From Utricularia gibba (taxonomy: Eukaryota; Plantae; Magnoliophyta), in contig NEEC01000004.1 in NCBI GenBank assembly GCA_002189035.1, positions 1,302,001 through 1,366,000 of the forward strand: a stretch of DNA of 64,000 nucleotides. Direction: 5' to 3'. The notes under the pieces are model-generated. The model was not told where the DNA came from, made no database searches, and saw nothing but the letters and a program-made list of their open reading frames with translations. This document shows positions 12,120-24,432 of this stretch, one piece after another. How positions within the stretch are numbered: position 1 is the first letter of the stretch; every line of letters begins with the position of its first letter. A program made the translations under genes and the position numbers.

Positions 12120-14856
12120 CGCCAACCTCCTGCTCAATCTCCCTGCACAAATTCATCCATTTTAAAGCCACTCCACGCAGATTCAGGCACCGAAAACACG
12201 AAAATCTAGCACCCTTTTCAGTTCCTTGTAATAATGGAGGTCTCCAAAAACAAGCATCACCTTGTAACTGAAATGAACCAGATGACGATTGTGATCAACA
12301 GCTCGAGAAAGAATACGATGACACGGGGACACCGGACACGGGCTGAGTCCGGTTTATCGACCCCGGTGGATGCCACCGGTCAGCATCAAACGTCAAATGG
12401 AACTTGAGAAGCGTGCTCTCTGAAGGAAGATAAAATGCGAACACGGTGCGCCAAGCCAATACATAGACCGTCGTTGAAGAGATTGAACCGGATTGGCTAT
12501 TATTATTTTATTATTTTTTATATCTAATAAAAAAAAGTCTACACGAATGCAAAATTTACTAACAAGAACAATTTTTTAATCCAATGATGCGTAAATTAGA
12601 TAATATTACAATTAAAATAATGTGCAAACAATTATTGGGCTTTTTAATCTTTGTGTATGTTTCATGGGGTTAATCACGTGATCATTACGAAGCTTCGAAT
12701 TTATCAGGTGCAAAAACTAAAGGAACGTTTGAAAATCAATTCTATTCCGTAAAATTGATACTAACTTTTAAATGTGTACTTGATTCTATTCTACAAGAAT
12801 AATTTTGAATAATCACTTTAATTTTATTAAAAGCAAAAATGGATAGTTTATTATACAAAATCATTTTCTAAAAATTGATCTTGATAAATGAATTTACTAT
12901 TATACATATTTTTTAATAAAAAATTATAATTAATACTATTTTTAAAATAAATATTGATTTACATTCTTTTTTTATCAAAATTTAAGATTATTATACCTAT
13001 AAGGTTGTAAAACTTTTCAATTGACATCAAATAATATTTATTTTAATAAATATAGATAAATATATCATTTATTTATAATATTTATTTTTTTCAGATTTCA
13101 AATATTAATTAACTTAAATTCATCTTCGGCTATACTTCTTCAAAAACACAAGTGTCGTGCTTTTGCATCTTCTTAAGAATAATAAACGTTTCGAGATTTT
13201 TGAGTTTTTTGTATTATAAATTATTTATGTTTTCGAACAAAACAATTTTTCAAAAATAAATTTATTACTAAATATGAAGAACTTCTTCTTGAAGCTAAAA
13301 TTAGAATCACTTCTTATATTAAATTAGTGTTTTGGAAAATTTATGAAACCTGTTTTTACTTTTTAAAATTATTTTAAAAAAATAGAAATAAGAAGTAAAA
13401 GTAATATACTCATTATTTTTCCCAAAATAATTTTTATAGTATAATTTCAAAAGTATTTTTTGATAGAATTATTTTTATAATTGATATTATTTTAGAATAA
13501 AATTATTTTTACTTTTAAAAAAATTTCAGAGCATGTCTAGATATTCGATTTTTGCATAAATAATAATAACCAAACCGAGGGGACGTTGAAAGGTTATATT
13601 AGACGGAGAAAGGAGAGGGAGAGACAATCCGGTGATGGGTGGGTGGCATCGAAGTTGGAGCCACCTGACCCAGTTTGGGAGTTTGAGAGGCTTGACTTTT
13701 GGGTGTTTCGGTTTCCGATCCTGCGATGCGATGCGATGGGGCTTTTCCAAGTGGGTGATCATCGCATTGCAGGTAGGAGATAAGGAAGGCTATCCAGGAG
13801 CATCCATCCATCATCTTCCTCCCTTGGCCTTGAGCTGAGCTGATCTGATCTGATCTGAGGCAGACCGCCGACGGCCGACCCACTGGTTGGGATGAGTTGG
13901 GGTCCATAATTGGCCCAATCCGCTCAAGCTTCTCAGCAGCATCCTCCATCCAAGTTGCTGATTTTTCCCTTGTCTTTCTCACCATTTCACAGTTTCCGAT
14001 GTGTGATATCTGTGTAGCATTTTTGGCACATGTTTAAACTAAACGGAGTAGCTTCCCAAAAACCCTAAAACTCTCATTCCTCCCCAATTCATATGAATTG
14101 GTTGAAGGGAGGAGGATAAAATAAGTTTAGTTTGCTTACATTTAAATAAACGTAATATAAAAGAATTAGCTCTTTTTTTTTAGTAGTGTTCGCCTAATAG
14201 AATTAGAACTGATATTAAATAAAATAAAAAAATATATGATTTTAAAGAAACATATGTACATAGGATTAAAAAAAATCTTCGTAATCTCAATTTCTTTTAA
14301 ATTCATAAAATAAATGCAATATAATTTACAATCGTTACGATATTGGTGACTCAAAAAACTAGGAAATGAAATGTTGATGAACGATGCGACTACTAAAGGA
14401 ACACAAAAAATTCAAATAATACTTATAAATGACTTATACAAATGGACTTCATCCTTAGAATAATACTTTAGTCATCTTGTGCTCGCGGGAACATACAGTT
14501 ACGGTGGTCAGAACAATAGCACTCTATCATATTATTGTTGTAGCAAGGTACCCCATGAATTAATTAATAGGTAAGATGTTTGTGCATTATAAGTGAAAAA
14601 ATATGCTAGGGATGTGTGTCACTTGACACTACTCCAAAAAAAATTACTGCATGTACTATTAAAATTATAAATTTAAATTATTATTAATTTGGTATCATTA
14701 AAAAATAAAATTCTAATTTAAAAATGTAGATGGCATTATATATTACAAATTGTAACTACACCACTGATCACATTGCATTTCAATGGAGAGGCCAATGGAT
14801 CTACTTTAGTCAATCATATATGACTTTGATTGTGTTTGATAGTTGGATATAGAAGA

Positions 14857-14999
14857 TTTATACTCAAATTTACACATATACCATTATTTGATTTACTATT
14901 ACATGTGTCAATCTCGTATGATTATATTACTCAAAGAGTATTTGATAAAAGAGTATACAGAGTTTATACTCAAATTTACATATATACCATTATTTGATT
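14857..14999. repeat. 37-bp direct repeat (1 mismatch), period 106 bp, in an AT-rich spacer
   Basis: TTTATACTCAAATTTACA(C/T)ATATACCATTATTTGATT at 14857-14893 and 14963-14999. Confidence 0.85.
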
Positions 15000-15656
15000 A
15001 ATTAGTATATGTATACTAATTTTATATGACAATATCACTCATATAATCATTTTTTTAAGTATATGAATAATATATATAAATGGAGAGTGAGGATTATATG
15101 TATATTATTCACATATTTAAATTTATATTTTTGAATATCAAACGTTATGTATAATTGAATATGTAAATACCAATACATTGGTGTCAAATAACCTCTTTAT
15201 GATATATATATCTAGTATGATAATTTAATTAATAATATATTTAAATAAATATTTTTGTATATAGATTTTACAGATGTGTTGTTAGTATGATATTGTTTTT
15301 CATGCATATGTTGAGAATATATAGAAAAAAAAAATTGAACCTTGCTTAATTAAGAAAAAAAACTCAATTTTGAAAAACATGAACTATATATAGATTTATC
15401 TTCTTTATTAATTGATAAAAAATTTGTCCGAGTACTTATATGTGAGATGAAATGATGAAGCGTTTCCGGCTCTCCCTGCGTAAGCTGCGGTATATCGGTC
15501 TATAGACGTACGGAAGCGATATGATACGGCGTGTACAGTATACCAGTGTGGAAGATGAAGAAGGTGGCTGAGTAGAATTTGGGGTATGCGCATTCTGCTA
15601 TGCTTTTTAACATAAAAATCACTTGGGGTGGTTGGAGCTGCTACCTGTAGCAGCCC

Positions 15657-16253
15657 TCAGCCATCGTTTCTATGGTGGAGGGGCTCTGATGCAGCAATGC
15701 TTGTATACTCATAGTCGTAGGGTTCTGATTCACTACTGGATCCACAGCTTATGGCTTTGAAGCTTGTCCTGTCCGCCCGCTGTTTCCCGTAAGAAACAGC
15801 ATATGCAGACTGTTTTATGGAGGGGGTAGGTGAAGAAGGTGGCGTAGTAGAATTTAGGGAGTATGGGGGTGCTAAAATCAATATCCACAGGCGTAGGCTT
15901 TTAGTTTTAACAAGAGGGAGAGGGAGAGGGAGGGGAGGGGTGGCTAAAATGGCCGTGGAGTCAGAAGTGGAGTGCCGAGTCATTATTCCATTCCCTTTTC
16001 CCGTACATCGGGATCCTGTTGTTGCCCCATGCGGAGTGGAGATCAGTGCCATTGGGGGGATTTGTAGCGACAGCAGGCGCAACCCATGAACGCCGCTTAA
16101 CTTCTGCGTTGAATCTCGGTGATGTGAACCGTTGGAGCGACAATTTAAAGCCGCTGAAAATGGTCTCCAGGAAAAACTTCCGTTATCGTTGTTAGCACAC
16201 TCCCATACGTTTTTCCTGTGTATTAAATCACCCCCGCAATCTTCTGGATTCAC
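15657..16253 (-). CDS. Hypothetical Pro/Ser-rich protein; true start and coding status uncertain
   Basis: 198-codon open frame in a GC-richer island. A partial degenerate copy lies 275 bp downstream. No family recognised. Confidence 0.3.
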   Translation of the reverse strand: MNPEDCGGDLIHRKNVWECANNDNGSFSWRPFSAALNCRSNGSHHRDSTQKLSGVHGLRLLSLQIPPMALISTPHGATTGSRCTGKGNGIMTRHSTSDSTAILATPPLPLPLPLVKTKSLRLWILILAPPYSLNSTTPPSSPTPSIKQSAYAVSYGKQRADRTSFKAISCGSSSESEPYDYEYTSIAASEPLHHRNDG

Positions 16254-16441
16254 GGTGATGTTTCATGTCCCTCGCTGCGTTATTGGGTACGAGATTATCG
16301 AATATCAAGTGGATTTGATTCTGTTGGAAGACTTGTGAAATTTCATCGTGTTTGGATTATCTGGGAGTGGGACTCATGTTTAAGGGGTAAGGATGTTCGT
16401 CGTCTGGTACTGAGAAATCTACTTTCATATTGTAGTGAAAG

Positions 16442-17693
16442 ATGCTGCAGGCGAGAACAGGGAGCTCTGGTTCATTAGAGGAAGGCAACAATGGGGCGCC
16501 TGGTTTCAGAACGATAGGCAAATCTTGGAGACGATTTCCATTGGCATTGAGAACTCTCAAGGTGCTTTTGTTTCTGTTGGGAATTGGAATAGTCTTCTCG
16601 TTTCTGTGTATGTACACCAGCCGTTTGATTAAAGTCACCAATGAGCTCCCTGTGAGAGTAAGATTTCAACCTTGTGCTCAAGATCATGGGAATTTAGCAA
16701 GCTGGATTAGAGCTCCTTCTAAGGTGAAGCATGATATGAATGATACTGAGCTTTTTTGGCGATCTTCGTTTATTCCAACGATTCAGGAATTCCCATTCAA
16801 GAGGATTCCTAAGATTGCATTCATGTTCTTGACTAGAGGACCTTTACCCTTGGCTCCTCTTTGGGAGAGATTCTTCCAGGGAAACAAAAAGTATTACTCT
16901 ATTTATGTTCATACATCACCTTCTTATCAGCCTGACTTCTCCCCTTCATCAGTCTTCTATGGCAGGCAAATTCCAAGCCAGGTAACAAGCAAATCTGTTG
17001 ACCATGATTGTAGGAAAGTGGTGCTTTCTGATCACATTGCTGTGTTTTTACCAGGTTGCTGAATGGGGGATGATGAGTATGTGTGATGCTGAAAGAAGAC
17101 TTCTTGCCAATGCATTACTTGATATCTCCAATGAATGGTTCATCCTGCTCTCAGAAGCTTGCATTCCAGTAATGAGCTTTGATTTCATATACAGTTACAT
17201 TTCAAAGTCAAGGTACAGCTTCATGGGTTCTTTCGACGAGCCTGGCCCTTATGGAAGAGGACGATACAACACTAACATGTCACCTACAGTCAACCTCACA
17301 GATTGGCGGAAAGGTTCACAGTGGTTTGAGATAAACAGACATCTTGCAGTTAAGATTGTTCAAGACAAGAAATATTACCCCTTGTTTGAGCAGTTCTGTC
17401 GACCAGGCTGCTATGTTGACGAGCATTACTTCCAGACAATGCTGACCATGGAATCACCTCATCTTCTAGCTAACCGAACCCTTACATGGGCGGATTGGTC
17501 AAGAGGGGGAGCTCATCCGGCCACCTTCAGTGAACCTGATCTAACACAAGGTTTCTTTGAGAAGCTCTTCCGTGGTAAGCCCTGCGAATACAATGATCAG
17601 CTCGCCACTGTCTGCTTCTTGTTTGTCCGGAAGATTGCTCCCAGTGCGTTGGATCATTTGTTAGAGAATTCTTCCAATTTTTTAGGGTTCTGA
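16442..17693 (+). CDS. Core-2/I-branching beta-1,6-GlcNAc transferase family (DUF266/BC10-like) glycosyltransferase, 2 exons (16442-16981, 17055-17693)
   Basis: N-terminal TM segment; PKIAFMFLTRGPLPLAPLWERFF, YSIYVH, AERRLLANALLD, WRKGSQWFE, CYVDEHYF and RTLTWADWSRGGAHP. Confidence 0.95.
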
Positions 17694-18009
17694 TTCCAAT
17701 TCAAAGCTTGCTTTCTTTCCAATAGTTTTTTTTTTTTTTCATTGAGACAAGCTGCAGCTTGGTCAGTGTGTCTCCCTATACTCAAAAGTCCTTTATTGAT
17801 GCTATGTTAAACACACTATTCCCACAGTTTAGATGCTAACATTAGTACTTCTTGGCTACATAAACACACACCATGAGAGGGTTATAAACAAGATCTCAAA
17901 GATGTGAAGGGATCAAGAGTAGAAGTCACCAAACCAGAAACAACTACACTTGAAACCCTGAACAAGGTATTAGAAAGTGGTACATTCACTAGGCCAAAAG
18001 CCTGCAACT

Positions 18010-21000
18010 CTATACACATCCTTGATCAGCCATGCTACTTGCGATCGCTAGGAAGGAGGCGATAGCAGCTCCATGAACCAGTACCCTGTACGAGAGATGC
18101 AGCAAATATGAGGTAACAGGCCGATGGTTGAACATCATTTATAAAGATTCATTGAGTGAAGAATGTGATGGTTGTCTTTACTCCGGACTCTCTTTGGAGT
18201 AACCAAAATCGCAGGCGGCTTTAAGAGTTCTTTGGTATGTCTGTTTCATTGCATCTTGTAGTTTTGTTTCAAAATCTTCAGGAGACCAATTCAAGTTGCA
18301 CTCTTTCAGTTCGAGTTCCCCAGCAACTACCTGCAATAGTTTGGCTGCTGCATCATCCAGAGACAGCTTGAAATGATATCAAGAGAGTTGGATACTCATT
18401 GATACTTACCCCTGCCACTCCGGCAGCTATGGAGGGGGCAACAAGAACGTTGGACTTCCTCAGAACATCATTGGCTTCAGGGGTACATGGCATGTTGGAG
18501 CCTAAGAGTTTTAAAACAAATTCTTGTTGAAGGGTAATCAGGAATCTAAGGCTATATACTCAGAGCAGGGACTCACCTTCTACGAGAATACGGCAACCTG
18601 AATTAACCAAATTGATGGCATCTGATTGATCAATCTCGTTCTGGCAAGCACAAGGAAATGCAACATCACAGCTTTCACTCCAGGGCTTTGCTTCATCATA
18701 GTACTTAGAGCGGGCATACGTTTTGGAGTAATCCCTGTAGCTGATTCCCATGAGCTGATGCATACCAACATTTAACAGCAGCAGAAAACAGTTGCAAACC
18801 TCAGACTTCTGTTCTGTTCTTTTATTTCTCTTAGGAAGGATATCTTCACGAAATCGAAACCATCCTCATCCATCAGATAACCCTTTGAATCTGCAGGATA
18901 AAAAAAATGCATTAGTGATACCATCATGATAATGGGTGATTTACTAAAGTAACTACCCACGCAATATTGCAACAGCAATAACACAGGAAATGAGGAGCTT
19001 GGCAAACCTGAGACAGTGACTGGTACTGCACCGTATGCAATAAGTTTCTCCAAAACATGCATTGATATCTTTCCAGAGCCACTAACTGCACATCTGGAAG
19101 AATGAATTTTTTACACCAGGGCTAAGAGCCAAAAGATGCAAAGAGGAAAAGGAAATTTCAGGCAATGACATCAAGAATGTGGATCCCAACCTGAGCCCCT
19201 TGAGATCTTTATTCATATCAGCAAGCATGAGTTGAGCAAAGAAGACCTGAAAATCATGGAAGCCATATTCCAATGACGAAGCTAGAAGCATACTGGAAAA
19301 AAAATAGATATAGTTACCAATCCATATCCTGTAGCTTCAGTTCGAAGGCTAGAGCCGGACCAGTTGACTCTGGGTCCTGTGAAACTACCCTGCAAACTAA
19401 GTCATGAATAACGGATTGCCAAAATGGGATGACTCCACGTTAGCATGTCCAGCTCTAGCTAAAAGTAAAGACAACGTAGAATTCAATACATTTTATCAAA
19501 TGTGAGCATAGGTGACACAGAACAACCTGAGAATGACCAACCAGACGCCTATAATGACCATATAAATAACCCATTTCACGCGTTCCGACCCCCATTTCTT
19601 CTGAAGGAAGATCCTGAGTATTCCCTTGAGTTAGAAGAAGTGCGTGACTGAAAACTGCAGAAGTAAACTGGATAATACCTTATCTGGACCCAAGTAACGG
19701 TACAGCTCGTTCATGAAGCTTTGACAGAACCGCAAGATCTGCATATAATTACAATTTTGAAAACACAGGTTACTGTTTGCATGACATCAAATGGACTATG
19801 GCACCAGATAAAACACCTCACTGTTACTTTTTCCCTTAGGATCAAAATCACTTCCACCAGAAGAGCCTCCAAGTCTGTATGGAGATAATGCATTCTTTAA
19901 GGTCTGCATATACAATAAAAACAAAGCATGAATCGAATAACATGAAAAGAATTTTCCAGAAATGATTTCGCGTATCAGATACCAATTTAAGCATTTAGAA
20001 TAAGGAAAAGGTCTATAATACTAAATGGTGAATAGCAGAAGCATCCAGAAATAAAATTTAATAGTTTCAGACAGCAGTTCAATCAGACTCAACATGTTTT
20101 CTGAATTATATAGCAGCAGTCAACAAATGATGGTAGTATGCAACACCTGTTCAAAACCAAGAAACTTTGCAATGCTCAAGTTCATCGAGGGATGGAAACG
20201 CAAACCACCTCTACACGGGCCCAGGGTCTGGTTGAAGTGAATGCGAAATCCTCGGTTAATATGTGTCTCACCCATGTCATCAGTCCATGGGACCCGAAAG
20301 ATGATTATACGCTCAGCTTCTAGCAGGCGTTCCATGGAGTTGACATAGCTGTAACATTAAGAGCCACAGCATGAACCCATATGCTGGTCCAGGTAGATAA
20401 AAATATATACAAATAACAAAGAGATCGCACTTGGAATTTTTTGAAATTACTCTTTCTAGAGCATGAACGGCTTCTTGAACAGACTGGATAAATTCAGCTT
20501 CAAGAGGATCTCTTCTCAGTACAGCTTCAACAATAGAACTAGCAGTTTTCGACATAAGAGCTGTCCCAGTGGACTCAGCACCGGAAATAATGTAACAGAT
20601 GCTATCAGATAATGAACAATATCCAATGGACATCAAAAGCATATCAATATGAAAACACATGGAAGCTCTCTATCATAGCATGGAAGTCAGAGGAAACCTC
20701 TTCTTCATGCTTATTAAAGAAAGATATAATTTTCATTGGAGCACAAAAACAGAAGAACGCATATAATTAAACAAAGAAACCGAAAGAAAAGAGAAGAAGC
20801 TAGGCAATAAAGAACTCCACATGCTAAGTAGAAAAGACACTACATTGAAATACACCTTTTACATAGATCGGCTTCTCAACAATTATCTTTTCTTTAGATG
20901 CTTGCTGTAGCCTAAGTGCCTCTTTGTGAAGCAAGCTGTTATTGTGCTCCTCTAGAGCACTCATCTGCATATTCCTACTACCTTCATTTCCATAGGGGTT

Positions 21001-21411
21001 ACGCCTATGCTTCCTGCCATACTCTCTGCACACTGAACAGAATATTCTAGCTGTGTTATCCCGAATATCAGCATAAGCCCATTTGTACGTGTCCGCCCAC
21101 TCCTCTCTCCACCTTTTAACGACCTTCTTCTTCCTTTTCCCAGACTGTGTCTTTAAAAAACCTGGATCTTCAGATGGATGTTGAGAACCCATAATAAGCT
21201 TGTCTTCAGAATTATCTTTTACAGAGGAATCATGGGATTGACCACCAAGAAGAGTTTCATCTGCATAAGGCGGGTCATCATCCCCAGGGCCTATTTCCAA
21301 ATCAATCTCCTCACCAAGTTCCCTAACAACAAGATGATGCCTATGAGCCTGCTGGATTAAGTTAATATCATCCATTCTAGTAGTCATACCAACTCCAGAT
21401 GGAAGCAACAT
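18010..21411 (-). CDS. GDH: NADP-specific glutamate dehydrogenase (GdhA-like) with N-terminal zinc-finger-like extension; multi-exon
   Basis: First coding exon 21411-20856 splices to ALMSKTASSIVEAVLRRDP. Later exons give FRVPWTDD..NRGFR..GPCRGGLRFHPS, SEATGYG, DSKGYLMDEDGFD, CDVAFPCACQNE and the end ...SMADQGCV* (TAG 18012-18010). Confidence 0.95.
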
Positions 21412-21842
21412 TCAGCATAAGACCTTCGTCATAAACTACAGACAGCTAAATAACCCCACGATAAAATTCAATAAGTACTAGGATCATTTTTCATCATGAC
21501 AATCTAACCCCATGAGCATATTAAAGCTGAATGAAGTATGAGGATCCAATTATTTCAGTTTCAATCTAGAAACTGAATCTTAAACTCCCTTCATTCACCA
21601 ATTCCAGTATCTTCAGTGAACATACGGTAGGAGTTCCATTTTTTTCATCAAGGCAGCTGTATCGTAAAACAGTACCACGAAAACAAAACAAATTTTCCTT
21701 TTTCGACCCAAACCAGCTATCCAACTACTAGTACGGAGAACCTGCAAACACCAGAAAGCATTTAATTGATCAAACCGTAAGAATTGATATTTCGTTTATG
21801 TTACAGAAATGCGTTAGCAATAAAACAAAAAAAATCATGAAA

Positions 21843-22195
21843 GGGAATATTTTGACAATCTGGACAACAAGCAACAACCACTACATTTCCGAACCAATGA
21901 AAACCACGAAGAAACTACACAGGCTCAAGTTTCCAAACCCAGAAAACAAAAACCAATACGCCATAAATGAAAATAGTACCTCAAAGGAAATGTCTCGAAT
22001 TTGCTATCGGTGAAATCTAAGGAAATCATTTCACAATCTCGAAAACAAGCTACAAAAACCACACCTCCGAAGCAATGAAAACCACGAAGAAACTAAACAG
22101 GCTCAGGTTTCCATACCCAGAAAACAAAACCAATACGCCATAATGAAACTAGTACCTCAAAGGAAAAGCCTTGAATTCGCTATCGCTGAAATCTA
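21843..22195. repeat. Tandem duplication, 2 x ~178 bp, upstream of the GDH ATG (probably in a 5' UTR intron)
   Basis: Both copies carry CAATGAAAACCACGAAGAAACTA...CCAGAAAACAAAA..CAATACGCCATAA...TAGTACCTCAAAGGAAA...GCTATCG.TGAAATCTA. Copies start near 21843 and 22021. Confidence 0.9.
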
Positions 22196-22947
22196 CGCCT
22201 GGGGTTTGTTCCTAATGAAAAGCTAATTAATGGGTATCACCTTCCGGATCGGATCACCTCCTCAAATGTTTCTTACAAGAAGAGCAAAACGTCCGGAACG
22301 CTCGGCTTCTGAAGGGAAGACAAAGAACGGCTTCTGAAACAACAGCTTGAGTTTTAGGATGGCGCAAAAAGCGACGGAGTGAAAAAAAGAAGTCAATTCC
22401 AACTACTACCGTTGCTGTTAGCATCGAGAAAATGACGCCATTCAGAATTAATTGCAGAGCAGACGAAGAAAGGGCCGAGCGCCCATTTTCGTGTAAACAA
22501 CACTAAAGAAATAATCGATCCAAAATTACGAACTTTGCCCAAGCGCCATATTATTGCAAGCAGCAAATTTGATTCTCCCGGTGGATTCTCCAGATCGTTA
22601 ACATTAAGTTTGTCCTGTCTTCAGTTTAATTTATGATTTCTATGTAAAATACGAAGTTTAGACAATGATGCACCGACATGGCATTCATATGAGAAATATG
22701 CTTACAAACATTACATCCGCATCAAGGTATTCATGCACCCAAAGTAGCTTAACATGAAGAGAAGTGATTGCATTACCAGCAGGCAACTGGAAAGTTTAGA
22801 TCTTTGAGTAAAAAATTTCCAGAACATTCAGTTTCAGTGTTGGCTGAAGCTCCCTGGGAGGTTACAGTGACATGAAACCGGAAAGGCGTAGCGTTCATTC
22901 TTTTAAACTGGAGCTTTAGCAAAGGCAAGCACATGTAGCTCTCTTCT

Positions 22948-24069
22948 TCAATAGAAGTATCCGAGCACTTGCCCACCTACTTTCTGTCGAATCGCCTCTT
23001 CGTGGTCCAAAACTCCATTAGGGGTGGTGATCACGACATAACCCCACTGCAGGAATAAAAGGCGAGCAGATTTCTTAATACAAAGATGACAAAGAACACT
23101 ATTACGGTTAAACTAGTGCATCTTAGAAGCTCAAAGGCATCAAGACTTTGAATGGCATCGTTCTTCCATCAAAGGCAATGCAACAGGGGGACAGCCCTTT
23201 TTTTCTATACAACCGTTGATGAAAATGCATCTCCATCGTCTTGGACGTGAAAAGATAATGGCATTACAGATGACCTAGGAGGTCCAGATTCCTTCTATGC
23301 AATCTCCCCTGTTCGGACCAACAATTCACTATTTAACCCAGCAGCCAAAAGCAATCAGCTATCAATGCTACTTGACAGCCAATAATTCACCATTTGGACA
23401 AAGGTTTTGTTCCATCACACTTTTAACCCAACCCGCTTATGATAAGACTCATTGAAAATCAGCTAGAAGGTTTAAAATTCTTTCAATCCAATCATCAAGA
23501 CTGTTGAAGTAAAAAGTGATAGTATTGTTCCATCGCAGATAGTACACCCACATTCCGCGTACATTGACGAAGAAAACCACATAATTTAGCAGACCAAGCA
23601 GAAATGCAGATCTATAAGAGCAATGGCTACAAATACTGACCTGATGAGTGGGAAGGTAACGTGTTTTGAACGCATCGATATTTTCCGCCTTAATATCTTG
23701 CCTATACATAATGGCTCGGCAATCAGTGACCCTCCCCAGCAGCTGCACCGCTATTTTCTCCACTCTATGCTGCTCGTGCACTTCAAAATCTTTGATATAA
23801 CCTGCAATTTCGCATCTTTTTTCATTCCTAATACCTACGGAGCGCTTTGAGAACACCCTTCTTTTTTCAATTCAAATTTATTCAATGCGATGAATTCTCC
23901 GAATCGTACGACTATAGAAAGTAATAACAGTACGCATACCACGATACTTCATGATCTGCAGAAAAGAGGAGATGATATTGGAGGTTGGTTTCAGCTCGGC
24001 GGAAGCGAACCCTCTCTTCTCAGCGTTGACGATCGTTCTCAGCGCCTCGTTGAGTATTCTTCTTCCCAT
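22948..24069 (-). CDS. RPS15A: Type II ribosomal protein S15a (mitochondrial-type uS8), 129 aa, 3 exons (24069-23940, 23801-23641, 23046-22948)
   Basis: [20 protein letters not shown]...|YIKDFEVH...[19 protein letters not shown]...LPTHQ|[32 protein letters not shown]. Exon phases sum to 130 codons. Confidence 0.95.
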
Positions 24070-24432
24070 CCTGCGCTAAACCCTCACTCTGGACTCCCCA
24101 ATTCAGCGTTGTCTCGCGGCCTTAAACCCTAGACCCACACGTAAATGCAAGAACATAATATTATTGCAAATATTATTTATTTATTTACTTTCCCACAAAT
24201 ATAATATGAATATCCAGTAAAAAAAATTAATCAACATTATCCCATTCTTAACCTAACCTGCAACGAGGCAGGCAAATACAACACAGATCAGATATAAATT
24301 CTGCATCATCTTGTTTTCCCTTCAGTTCCCAGGCCTCAACAGCTTTCCTCTCCCCAGCATTTCCGAATTCAAACTCAAGAAACGTCGGTGATGCAAAGAG
24401 GTGCAGGGCAAATGGGTATGCAGCCATCTAAT

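Noticed and set aside
13599-13660. CLE/RGF-like peptide end QVAPTSMPPTHH (also DYEYTSIAASEPLHH near 15670-15715)
   Set aside because: Key CLE (R1, G6, P7) and RGF spacing residues are missing, and there is no clear signal peptide.
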